The translations under genes and the position numbers were made by a program. The notes beneath the pieces were generated by a model. It saw nothing but the letters and a program-made list of their open reading frames with translations. It was not told the origin of the DNA and searched no databases. From NCBI RefSeq assembly GCF_009914755.1, contig NC_060928.1: a stretch of 64,000 nt of DNA; one strand, given 5' to 3'. The stretch is from the human T2T-CHM13v2.0 reference genome, Homo sapiens. This document shows positions 26,761 to 41,474 of the stretch, one piece after another (within the stretch, counting starts at the first letter, position 1; each line of letters begins with the position of its first letter).

Positions 26761-29374
26761 ATTTGCTTAGTAAGTAATAAAATTGACCTAGCAAAGTCAA
26801 CATATTTTAGTTCATTGGAACTTCTTCTTTTAGCTTAAAAAATTAAAGTTCTTTTCAGATGCTTCTTCCTGTGTACCTGCCTATCGTTACCTTCCCTTTC
26901 CTGGTTAATAAGATCCTTCCTGGCGTGCTCCTTATCCTCGCTTTCTTGGGCAGCATGAGTCATGAGAGGCTTAGGAACAGGTCATAGGAAGAAAAAGAAA
27001 TGGAAAAGTGTGTCTAAATCTACAAAAGGAATGGTATTGCCAGTTGTTAATGATTAAAATATAAAAATGCAAACTTTTTATCCTCTTCTATATTTCATAT
27101 ACTGTAAACAGTCTCGTTAGTTGGACTAATGGGGGAATAATAAAAATATTGAATAAAAATTAGTATAAAAACACATTGTCTTATTTTAAAATTCAGAGAG
27201 TGTTCTGTTATATCAAACTAATAAGCACCACCAGGATATTACCTGAAATAAAAATTCTTAGCTATACTTTAGTGAATAGGTATAAATGTTACTGATCAAC
27301 ATATTAAACTTTTTACATACATAGAAGCTGCTACAATTCTTTAAAAATGTCTTTCTTTTAGATGTACCAAACATTTCCTTCTCTGATGTTTATAGTATTA
27401 GTTTGCTAAGGAACCCCTTTAATATGTAGTAAGTTTTACCTCATCCTTGTTCCAATTCTCACACATTCCAAAATTTAAAAATTACATTAATTAACTAATA
27501 CCAGCCAAAGGGCACTTAAACATGTAGAACTAAAAATCAACTTTGTGAATTTTATATTACCAATTAAAGGATCAAAGAAAGTGTCAATCATAAGTCTGTG
27601 AATTTGAATCCATTAAAGTGTAGATACCAAATTATAAAAATTTTATTCAGTACCCCTTATTGACTTAATATTTAAAAATCAAGCAGGCATGGAAATATCA
27701 CACCCCAAGTCCCTGCTTGCAATATTCTAAACAGTCTTTTGGTTACCATAAAAGAAGCTGTTTTACTTTTATATGTGAATATAGTTTGTTATGCTTCTTC
27801 AAATGTCTTGTGTTCTAAAGGCTGTGACACAGTTTCCAACTCAGAAGATAGAAGTGCTAATAATATCTGTTCTCTGGCTTGTTCTTTGTGAATATTTCTC
27901 TAGTCTAAGAAGGTTGAATTATGACAAAATAAATGAGCAAATCCAGCCTGCACTTACCACTGGATCTGTGTCTAATTGAATGAGACTAGAGAAGATGTCT
28001 TGATAATTGTGATGATCTAGGCAATTCAGGATGAGTTAAGAATCAAGGTGTAATATACTAAAGGTTCTTAACTTGATCTCAGTTTCCTTGGTTTTGCTAT
28101 TAGTCAAAATTGTAATATTTCAAACCTTTCTGAAATAGTGAAATCTCAACCAATCACATGAGAATGCTGCTGTGCTTCCGCTCAGCAGAGATTTCCCAAA
28201 ACCAAGCATTTTGAAAATCCCTGTGCTCCAGCTGCTGGCTGCAGCCGGTTCCGTCGTGGTAGCCTCACGTTTTCACAGTAGATAGATTACTGACCTAAAA
28301 TTTCACCACTCGTTGTACCCACACACCCGCCTCTTCAGTGCTTTGGCTTTTCAGAAAGTTGGAAAGCAAGCACGAGCTCACACTGTCAACTCTCTATGCT
28401 CAAATTAGGTGACCTTGAATCCCAGTCCTATGGCATATGATTCAGAGCTTCACTGCCACCAGTCTGTCAACTAGAAATATCCAGACTCACTTTTTTTCCT
28501 TTTAGTACTTCCATGCTGATCCCTCTTTTCATTTAGGAGAGACCAGCATCTAACAACCAGCTCTAATTTGCCATCCTAGCCTGCGCTGCTGGGAATTTGT
28601 CAAGTTCTCATTTCCTACCATCCTGTGGGAATATTTCCAGAGGCTAATTCTCTTCTCTAGGGCCACGTAGACTCCCCCACATTTGTTCTTCTGGACAATA
28701 GAGTTGTGTCCAAAAGTACAGCTTTCATTTATCAGACATTTTTAAAGCCATTGACATTTGTTGCTTGATGGAGAAATTTCTATGTCTTCTAGGAAGGAGA
28801 TGCTTCAGGACAGGAAATAAGCAAATATAAGCACCACTTTGGGCATTCTCTCTTTACTTCCCCACTAGGATAAAACTGATGACAATAAAGGCAAAGCTTA
28901 TCACTTGAATGTCCATTCGTTTTTGCACCAAGAAAACTCACGTCCCATAGCTAAAGAGGATGCCACCACCACTGAAGCTGCCACCTCAATAATCTGTTTG
29001 TTTGTTTTTTCTCAAAATGAGGGCATCCTGAGGAAGTGTGCATGATTCATTTACCATGAATGAATCATCATTGTTCATCATTACTCTCTAAACAATTTAA
29101 AGTGGGTATATTGAGTCTTCATTATTTTAATAGTTTAGGATATTATAAACTGCTGTTATAACAGCAGAAGTAAAAAAACAAATTTAAACCTAACCAAGTT
29201 TAGGTTTAACAAACCTAAACCTAAACCAAGCTTAAACCTAATCAGTTTTTTTCTTTTAATATTTTCAGAAACAACTCATACTTTAGTTAATTATTGTATT
29301 CCTGCACTTTCTAAGGTTATAAGGCAAAAGACATTGCACTGTAGGAAGAGACAGGACAAAAGCGAGTATAAGGA

Positions 29375-29610
29375 CGGTTAATTCTTAGTGAGTATGTAGT
29401 ATGCGCTAGGCCCTGTTCTAAGGATCTTACATATATAGTTCGTGTAATCCTCCCAGCATCCTGTGAAATATGTATTATTATCACCACCTTTACAGGTAAG
29501 GAACCTGAGGCACAGATAAGTTAGGCAGCATGCCCAGATCATACATTTAGTGTTAGTAATGAAGTTAGGACTTAAACCCAGGCAATCGGGTACAGAGTTC
29601 ATACTCAAAA
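29375..29610. mobile_element. MIR element
   Basis: tttacaggtaaggaacctgaggcacagataagttagg MIR core. Confidence 0.7.
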
Positions 29611-31666
29611 GATGTACAACTGAGAAGAAAAAAAAGTATGTGTGTTATGTATACACATGAGTGTATGCATACCATGTACACAGCTAGTCACAGTTAACTG
29701 TATAATCAGGGAGGTAGGAAAGACTAGAGGGGCCTCTCCAATGTCATGTCTTTCAAAGTAGACTCAGCTTGGTGGAGTTGCAACTCTGTCACCAATTATA
29801 TATACCTGAAAGACCAGCTGTGTCAACATTAGACTGTTTATAGAAAGGAAAAAAAAACAAAACCTCTAAAATTGCTCTGAATGTTATATTGATTTGTAAC
29901 TCTTCACTTCTTACAAAGTAATAAGCTGCCACATTAAGGGATGCAATATGTGTTGCTGCATTAAGATTGTAGGCATCAGCTTAGGAAAATGATATCATAA
30001 CACTTAGCACAGCAAGTTGATCACTTGGCATAACCCAGTTGTTCTGAAATGTTTTTCTTGCACAATGACTTGCATCTTTCTGAGTTCATCTTACTTTTTA
30101 CCATTTCACACACATTTACACACTCTAAGATGTCTTGCCCTAGTCTGTCTTTTGTCACTCAAAGGCTGGAAAGGAGATCCCAAAGCTGAAGGACATACAA
30201 AGCTCAAGCCTTTGTATGTCTTTGTATTTCTCTGTATACTAACATCACAGCCTAAGAGCTCTTCAGAGCTCCACAAGGCCTCTACAGACTCCATGTGTGA
30301 TCTGCTGGCCTCCTCTAACAACATGAGAAACACTTAAACAATTTTAAGAATAGAATCTCTTACAGGAATGATAAAGTACAGCTATTCAGCACTTAGACGG
30401 AAAATCATCAAGTAGTGAAAATTGTTTTATTAGAACCTAACCTCATTGGTAATGAGGAGACTACTGCATCACTATTAGAATAAAAATATTCATATAGGTA
30501 GATTTATTATAAATATTTTAGATGTTCACAAATAAAATAAATGGAAACAAGCATGTAACTGTGTGTGTGTGTGTGTTCGTGGCTGTATGTGGAAAGAGGG
30601 AGAGGAAGAGAGAGAATGAGAATTAATTAATATAACTAAGTTCGTCATCAAAAGATACATGGAGTTTGATAGATTCCCATCTTGTTGACGTCTTGGTTGG
30701 GACACCAAATCATTTAAATTATTTTTCAGGTTTTTGTTCAGAAGACAATCTTTGCACATGTACAAGATTACATTAATTTTAAGAATGTGGCATTGAGTGT
30801 CTGTAAGGATATTAACTTTTTAATTCCAATGATACGTCATAATTTGTCCCCTCCTTAACAGTGTTGGGCTTACCATTTTTTACAAGTAATGGGACATAAA
30901 ATGTTTTACATTTGCATTTCTTTATATTTATAAAACTGAGGCACTACATTTTGTATGTCACTACATTCATAGACAGGTTTCAGAGCAGCTCAGTATACAA
31001 ACTTTGGAAAGAAAACTGAAGGATCCAGCATCCTAGCTCACTGCCACAGGCCACCAACTAAGACTCCCCCGTAGACTTGAATGACCTCATTTTAATATTT
31101 AACCCCATAGGACAGACACTGGCACTTTTCTGGATTATGATAGAGCAACCAAGACAGATACAGTGGTACATTTCTTCAGGGGGAGGGTTTTTAGTTTGAA
31201 AGGATAATACCCTATGGTGAGGTATGAGCGGAATCAGTAGTATATTGTACTTCACTGGAGAATTTGATGGAGACATGCTTCCCCTGGAATAAACTTTATG
31301 TCCCTCATTCAGGGGCAGTTTTTTAATGGCTTTGCATTGAGCACAAAAGATTTAGACAATTTGCTTCTTTGTTTTAGGGTAGACACATACTGCCTTTTAA
31401 AGGTAATATTTTTTAAGATGACTGTTAGTAAATTGTTGAATCCTCAGCGTCAGGCAAGGAAGGCAAACAGTAATATCAGAGAAATGCTACCTGTGAGCAC
31501 ATTCTTTTGAGTCATTATTAAATAGACAGTACTATTCATGTCTAATCTTTGATCATGGATTCCAGACTATAATCAGTTTCTCATGATCTGTTTTATTTTG
31601 CTTTTAATTTCCCTCTGTGTATTAGGAGTAACTCCCTTTGATGTTTATCTATGATCCTTTTCACAG

Positions 31667-31899
31667 CAGCAACCCAGCTCATAGATACTACCTTGCAACG
31701 GATCCAGTCACGGGAGATCTGTACGTTTCTGACACAAACACCCGCAGAATTTATCGCCCAAAGTCACTTACGGGGGCAAAAGACTTGACTAAAAATGCAG
31801 AAGTCGTCGCAGGGACAGGGGAGCAATGCCTTCCGTTTGACGAGGCGAGATGTGGGGATGGAGGGAAGGCCGTGGAAGCCACACTCATGAGTCCCAAAG
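31667..31899 (+). CDS. TENM3: TENM3 exon (233 nt): (S)[13 protein letters not shown]...ATLMSPK(G), NHL repeats
   Basis: Acceptor ttttcacag|CAGCAAC (NAGNAG), donor AAAG|gtaccg; ORF 31638..31976. Confidence 0.95.
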
Positions 31900-32779
31900 G
31901 TACCGGCAGTTGGCGATTTGAGGATTTCTTTTTATTTATTAAAAAAAAAAAAAAAAGGGGTAGAAAATCCATTTAGTGCCTAGTCATGTTTAATGCTGAG
32001 TCTAACTTTTTACCTTTGACAGTGTTCTGGAAAGCTGTTTCACATCTAGGGTTTTTAAAAGCCATGTAGCATGAAACTGCTAGCATCCTAACTTGGTTTT
32101 ACAGTAAATACTAGGTTCTTGGCATTTTTTATTATCATACCATTTTATCAGCTCTTCAAAGAATGAAGCAACTACTCTATATAATTCAGGCCACATCCTG
32201 TTCAACTTCAAGGAAGTATCCAAATTCTTTCATAGTCCTGGAATTTCTTTGTCATGAATGAGTCCCAGGCTTCTTTAAAACCCATCACTAAGCAACCCTG
32301 TGAGCCCTCACCCTCTTTGGAGAGCTGTGAAACTTTTGTTTCTATGCCATGGGAAAAAATCCTTGCTGAGAGGAATTTTGGGAGGTAACAGGGCTAAAAA
32401 ATTCTACGTGATAAAGGCTTTTAAACCAGGCAGGAATGATTCCCTGCTCATGTATTATGGCACTGAATACAATGTTTTTGGTTTGGGGCCTTTATTTTTT
32501 TCATGGTAGCTGCTGACTATTATGTGAACAAGGACTGGAAAAAAGTATCTGTACTGAATTATTCATAATAGAAAATTTCATTGTAACGGGGTCAACAAAA
32601 CACTAACCTTGGCTTAGATCTATTTTTGTTAGAAGGATATGGTTACTGTAAGTGAGCTGGAATGGAATTTGAAACTGGTTCTGTAATTTATAGACCACAA
32701 CATTATATAATCATTGTAATTTATATTTGAAACATTCAGGTATTACCTGTGTGATACATATACTCACAGGAGATTCTGA

Positions 32780-33110
<331 letters not shown>

Positions 33111-33312
33111 TCCTTACTGAATTTTTAATTTATTTGTATTATAAATGCCTGTGTTGGTTTTTTCTAACGTGTTTGCAATCTGCAGTCCTACCTGCTACCT
33201 GTCACCCGTGTTGTCACTGGGGTTAAATAACTGAGTTTAATAATGGGCCTAATAGTTAATCAAAAGTAACCATTTTTGAAAAATTACTAATACTTGCTTC
33301 TCTCAAATACAG

Positions 33313-33467
33313 GAATGGCAGTTGATAAGAATGGATTAATCTACTTTGTTGATGGAACCATGATTAGGAAAGTTGACCAAAATGGAATCATATCAACTCT
33401 TCTGGGCTCTAACGATTTGACTTCAGCCAGACCTTTAACTTGTGACACCAGCATGCACATCAGCCAG
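33313..33467 (+). CDS. TENM3: TENM3 exon (155 nt): (G)[14 protein letters not shown]...SMHISQ
   Basis: Acceptor aaatacag|GAATGG, donor GCCAG|gtagtt; ORF 33294..33482. Confidence 0.95.
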
Positions 33468-34216
33468 GTAGTTAAATACTAAGCGGACTTGTTTGTTTTT
33501 CCTCTAGGTGACTTGACTTATTCAGTCGGTAGACTATGATGGCACCATATTAAACTGCATATATCATGTGTTGCAGTGGTTCTGATAGGGCAGTTCCATT
33601 TACATGTATCACAGGAGCTAATAAAAAGTTATTTTCTTCTATAATTCTACATTTGATGAATTCAGTGAGATACAGAACAATTATCACTAAGAAATGCTAA
33701 GCATTTGTAATAAAATACCAGTAAAGTAGGAGCATGCAGGTATTCTAAAAAGAACCAAACAACTGAAATCTCTAATCTTTTGATTGCATGAGCTCCTTAA
33801 GTAGTAGAGAGAACCCACTATGATTAGTGCCAAGGGACTTATATTTAGAAATAGAAACTTTACTGTTGGCCTGATTGAAAACACAATAGAATACTAATCT
33901 ATTCATAACCTAGAAAGCCCCAACATTTGGTGGTTATTGCTGCCATAAGGAACATGTGTGTTCATAGCTCATCGATATCTGTTGACTCACTACGTAGAGG
34001 CCTATTTGCTATTTGCCTGTAACTAGCAAATCTTTCTGTGAGCTGAATTTTAAAATAAAGTGTTATTTCCTGTATCTATCTTCATTCATTACTTTTTGGT
34101 TTATTTTACTGAGGCTATTGAAAAAACTATTATCAGACAGTTTATCTCAGATTAATGCCAATTTCCCTGAATGGTCTAATTTACTCTTCTGGCGAATTAA
34201 CTGTAGTGCAGTAACT

Positions 34217-34223
34217 TACTAAC
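34217..34223 (+). promoter_or_regulatory. Perfect-consensus branch point TACTAAC
   Basis: TACTAAC with branch A about 25 nt upstream of the acceptor at 34247. Confidence 0.7.
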
Positions 34224-34247
34224 CAGGCCATTTCTTTTTTTATTAAG

Positions 34248-35122
34248 GTACGTCTGGAATGGCCCACTGACCTAGCCATTAACCCTATGGATAACTCCAT
34301 TTATGTCCTGGATAATAATGTAGTTTTACAGATCACTGAAAATCGTCAAGTTCGCATTGCTGCTGGACGGCCCATGCACTGTCAGGTTCCCGGAGTGGAA
34401 TATCCTGTGGGGAAGCACGCGGTGCAGACAACACTGGAATCAGCCACTGCCATTGCTGTGTCCTACAGTGGGGTCCTGTACATTACTGAAACTGATGAGA
34501 AGAAAATTAACCGGATAAGGCAGGTCACAACAGATGGAGAAATCTCCTTAGTGGCCGGAATACCTTCAGAGTGTGACTGCAAAAATGATGCCAACTGTGA
34601 CTGTTACCAGAGTGGAGATGGCTACGCCAAGGATGCCAAACTCAGTGCCCCATCCTCCCTGGCTGCTTCTCCAGATGGTACACTGTATATTGCAGATCTA
34701 GGGAATATCCGGATCCGGGCTGTGTCAAAGAATAAGCCTTTACTTAACTCTATGAACTTCTATGAAGTTGCGTCTCCAACTGATCAAGAACTCTACATCT
34801 TTGACATCAATGGTACTCACCAATATACTGTAAGTTTAGTCACTGGTGATTACCTTTACAATTTTAGCTACAGCAATGACAATGATATTACTGCTGTGAC
34901 AGACAGCAATGGCAACACCCTTAGAATTAGACGGGACCCAAATCGCATGCCAGTTCGAGTGGTGTCTCCTGATAACCAAGTGATATGGTTGACAATAGGA
35001 ACAAATGGATGTTTGAAAAGCATGACTGCTCAAGGACTGGAATTAGTTTTGTTTACTTACCATGGCAATAGTGGCCTTTTAGCCACTAAAAGTGATGAAA
35101 CTGGATGGACAACGTTTTTTGA
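34248..35122 (+). CDS. TENM3: TENM3 exon (875 nt): [17 protein letters not shown]...GWTTFF(D), end of NHL and first YD repeats
   Basis: Acceptor ttttattaag|GTACGT, donor TTTGA|gtaagt; ORF 34287..35126. Confidence 0.96.
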
Positions 35123-35257
35123 GTAAGTATATGAAAATTCTACTCTGATTATAAAATACTGTGATATAATAATATCATCTATAATAACAATATAATCTTA
35201 AGAGCTGGAGGATTCCATGTTTTTGAGAGTCTAGAGCTTCTGTAATTTTTGGATCCC

Positions 35258-35809
<552 letters not shown>

Positions 35810-36893
35810 TTAAGTTTCAGTTGGCTTCATGGTAAATTTACCTGTACTTAAGGATTAACATCTTGCTTCCAATAGACCTAGCATCTTAGCAAACCTTCTG
35901 AGAAGCATCCCGCAGCTGTGGTTTGGGGCATAAAGCCTTTGGCTCTAGGTTTGCCCACCTGATAAAGCTGACTGTCTCAGGAACTTGCATTGAAGAAAAA
36001 CTTCAAAAACATTTACAGTGAACTTTGCTGATTACGTAGAAGGGCTTAAGTTTTTGTAATCGTTACCAGAGAAGCTACACTGTGCCTCAAAGAACCTTAC
36101 AACTAAATGCAAGTCAGGAATTGCAGTTTGTTGCCTGAAAGCATGTGAAGAGGTAGGAGGCTCATTCAGCCAGGGTGTTCCAAGAGATAGCATGGAGTGG
36201 TGGCCCGGGCACTGTGCTGTCTGAACAGTCACATCTCGGGAGTCACTGAGAATGAAAGGAGAATCAGCTGTTGAGTATGTTAGGGCATGTATAAATGCAT
36301 TCTCAATTGCTTGTTCACTTGACTCGGTTGTACAAGCCATGAGGGGAAATGAGATATGCAGAGATGGCATGTTGACAAACGCAAAATAGTCTTTGAAATG
36401 AATCCTGAGTTCCTTAGTGTGGTTTTCACAATGATACGGTGAAGCAAAGGTACTTCTTTCTGTAGGAGCACACCTCTGAAATTATCATAAAAGTCAGTAG
36501 AAAAAATGACTCAATATACAAATATTTTCTGTATAGCTTTTCTGGAATGTGTCTTATACATAAAGCTTAGTTCTCCTGTAGCTTGAATTGCTTTTCTTTT
36601 TTGACAGATTCCCTTTTAATAAAATGAATGTTAGCCAGCAGCATGATTTTGTCAGAGGAACAAACCTTTTCAATTGAATTACATTAAAATTCTGTTCTTA
36701 GCATTCCTTTTGCTCATTTTAGTATCGCAATAGGAAAGGAATAAATTGGAAGTTAATGGAAAGCACTTCCTTTGCACTGTTTTCAAAGTGATCGCAGGCT
36801 AGATTGCCAACGAAGCAAAAAAGAGCACAAGAAAAGTGCTGCCATCAGATGAGACTGGGCAGGAGAGCTGCTCTGATTCTAAGATCTTCAGGA

Positions 36894-37239
<346 letters not shown>

Positions 37240-40200
37240 TTAGTTGAAAGTGGGGGAAACATAGAGAAATAAGTTTTTAGTATAGTCTGGTACTCAAGCC
37301 CTGCTCTCCGGGCCATTTTTGAATATGTCCTTACTCGTTCCCAGGAGTTCATTGTATGGATTAGTGCTGACACTTGAACTTCCTACAGCAGATACAGTGG
37401 TTTGCTTATGGCCTACAAATGCATTTTAATCAAGTTTGGAAAATTAGAGAAATTTCACTGGTGGAGCTGATGTGGGATAGTATAAACCAATTTGGATTTT
37501 TTACCTTTTAAAGAAATGATAGTGCAAAAAAGAAGATATATTTCTCTAGTAACAAATAACCTCCAAGAATTTCAGACTTAGGAATCGGCAGACTGGCTGA
37601 AGTAGAGGTTGGGTTGGCAAGCCAATCTTGTATATAATGGGAAAACATTATTTTAAAGAATGAAAGATTTTAATTAATTAAAATACAGCAAAATCACATT
37701 TTCACCAATACTTATTACATGTCATATTTAAAGTATATCTATTAAATCTTATAACTAGATAAATTGCTGTAAGGGCAACTACACTATTCCAAAAAGCATT
37801 ATTAAAATATCTTACAAAATATCACCCTCACAATTTTATATATATCCATATATATAAAAGAATATCATAGTTTAACAAACCAGTGTTTAAAAATGACTTT
37901 TCTAATAAAATTAGCAGAAAGACTGCTTTTAAAAACCAGCGTTTTGTTAATTTTCCTCATAAGCTGGCTACAGCAAAGACGACTAAAAAATGTCTAAGAA
38001 ACCTTTATGCGTTTTGCAAAATAATGTGTTAAAGAAGAGCACTTAACCCAAGGAATTCAGAATCATCGTGTCAGAATGACAAATGATCATTTTTTTTCTT
38101 CCCATACATTCTTGTAATTTGGCTGTGAAAGAGCAAAGGCCGCCTCTTCTAAGGGTCAGAAACTTTAAAACACATTCAAAAGGAAATGCACAAAAAGAAA
38201 AGGGTGGGGGGAGGTGTCATTATCAGGCCGCCCCTCCAGAAGCACTGTCTGTGTTCAGACACAGCAGCACGTATTGTCTGTGTAAGTTTGAGATGGTTAA
38301 TGGGCAAACTCAACCCCTGTCGCTACTCATCAGAGCCTTGACAACAGAGTTTCTGCTGCTTGTCTCCCGACCTGGGTGTGCGGCGGGATGTGAGCATCCT
38401 AATAGAGGCAGCGGGGGGCTTCTGAATCCCCGTCGGAATGCCTTTGTTTTTGTAGTTATTGGTGAACTGGCCGACTCCCAGAATATTAGTACGTGTCTGT
38501 AATATTTCCCTTCATTTTTAGAGTACCATGTGTCTATGTGTCTACTTTAGACCTTACAAAGGGCAGCCTGTAAGTTCACAAAGAAGGGATTTGACAGGTT
38601 TGACAATGGCCAGAGTGTCACCAAAACCACAACGAGATTGTGAAAAAAAATTGCCATCCCCCACTGAAAAACACCTGCTTTCTGTGACTTCCATGACACC
38701 AGTCCCTTGAGCTCTGATAACAGGCTCTATAATCATCTTCCTGCACAAATACCTCACACAGAAAAGTTAAACTTTTCAGCTCAAATTCCCATTTGTGTAT
38801 GGCCAGCTTTCTGACTATCCTGGTGTCTAAAAAGCCTTGAGATTAAAGCTTTTGTAGGATAGAAACAGATGGAAGAAGATCTGGAATCAATAAATTTGCC
38901 TACTGATAAAAATACACTTGTCATAGTTCCTTCCAAAGAAAATTTAAAAGAGAATTAGTTGCAATTACTTACCTTACATGTTTTTCTTGGTACAAACTTG
39001 AGTGTACCATTAACATGTCACAGTATTGGTATAAGTACAAAATGAAATGTAAAAGTATTTCATAAAATGCAAACTCCCATTATCTTTGTGGCTCCCACCA
39101 CTCCTGGAATGTTGCTGTGGGTATAGAACTCTCCCAACAGCTATTTGTTGAATGAAGAAATAGAAAAATAAATCAGAGATGTAGACAGGTCAGTGTTTAT
39201 TTGCAGAGAAGAGTCTGGTAAAACCAGAAGCTGGCATTTGCCAACGCTCCACTGAGAGAACACCTATAAATGCTCTTTTGCGTTCTAAGTTAGTTCACAC
39301 CTCCGTACCAATACTGAATGTTGAAAATGTTAACGTTGCCCATTTTTGTTACTGATTTTTAAAAATATTTACCCAATATTGCATGTTTGCTCACTGTATT
39401 TTGCTTTATAAAATAAGGACTTCCTCAGTTGATCTTCTTATTCCAATAATTAAACAAAATAATAACTTCCTATTGATAGCACTTTCTTCTGAAATGTTGG
39501 TGTTAAACACAGAAAACTTTTCCCATGCAAATACAGTTAAAGGATATTATTGTATCTGGTATCAGGAAGAATTCTAAGAGAAGAAAGCCTGATTCCCAAT
39601 AAGGTTTTTATCAATCACCAATAAAGTAAGTAGGGTGATTCTTCGGGGTACACAGATGGGGTTTCTTTAACATGGTAACTGTCATTTCGAAAACTAGAGA
39701 TATCATCTGCTTCTTGGCGGCAGTTTCTCTCCATGTTACTTGTAATTATTATGTCCCTATTGTGATTCATTAGAGAAGTGGCCAATATATTTAGACATGC
39801 TACTGGATGGTATGGTGGGAAGACTACATTAGGTATCAGATGGTTTATAACTCAGCTTTGAAATCACTGAGTTAGACTAATATGTTTCACGAGCTAAATA
39901 ATTATTCATTACGGACTGAGTAAACCATCTTGGCTCTGACCTCCTCTTCCATTGACTTGCTGGGCTGTAGAAAGGACCCCAACTAGCTAACAGGGTCCCC
40001 TTGTATGAAGACACTGTGTCTTCAGTGAGTATTAGGGACCGCTTCATGCTGCTCTTCACACCACTTAAAAACAGTGGCCACACGCGATCATTCCTTAGCC
40101 AGAGTAATTCCAAGGAAACCAAAAAGATCTCACCTGCTAAATATTTATTATTTAAAAAGTTTATGCCTGAAAAGAAACCGCGGTTCTTACACTCGAATGC

Positions 40201-40904
40201 ACAAAGAAGTGAAATCCAGTGTATTGAATTGGGGAACAGAATACGTTATTTAATAGTAAATGGCATTTCACAGTTCTCTGCTTGCTTACCCACATCAAAT
40301 ACAAACCGTTTGGGCATATCTAGAGGCTCTTCTGTCTGGTTAAAGAAGACAACATGAAAAACTATGAATTCTGGCCAATATGTACATGCACACCAGCAGG
40401 TTAGCGACATTTTTTTAAATCTTGGGACTTTGAATATTTGGAGCTCTGTATTTGTGGAGCTGACTCTGTGATCTTTTGTGAGCTATATTCAGATTCACAG
40501 AGCAAATAAATGAGTTTCAGCTTTTACACATTATGTAGGTATATATGGGTCTCCGGCTTCTCATTTGGGTGGTTTATTGTCCCTCATTCAAGCTTTTCAA
40601 TTTCAGAATGAGCTTCTGAACCATTTCTTTATAATGAACTTAACTCAGTGCCCATGGCAAACCCACGACTCCCACTGACATCAGTTCTCATGCTGTAGGA
40701 GTGCCTCAGAGAAGGGATCCCCGAAGAGGAAAGACAGGCAATGTGAACAGCGCATGTGCTACGCCTAAGCCTATTTCAAGTTCAAAACTGTATACCAAAA
40801 GCACAAATAATGCAGGAAAACGCAATGATAATTATTCATTAATTAGAAAAGATATCATTAATTAGAAAAGTTATGCCCATTCTTGTTGACACTGACTCCT
40901 ATTA

Positions 40905-41474
<570 letters not shown>

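Noticed and set aside
31900-31976. Read-through into intron with ATTAAA and A16, suggesting a truncated isoform ending [11 protein letters not shown]
   Set aside because: The genomic A-run would cause oligo-dT internal priming. No independent support for true intronic polyadenylation.
38083-38502. 139-aa ORF
   Set aside because: No homology recognised; open frame explained by locally higher GC.
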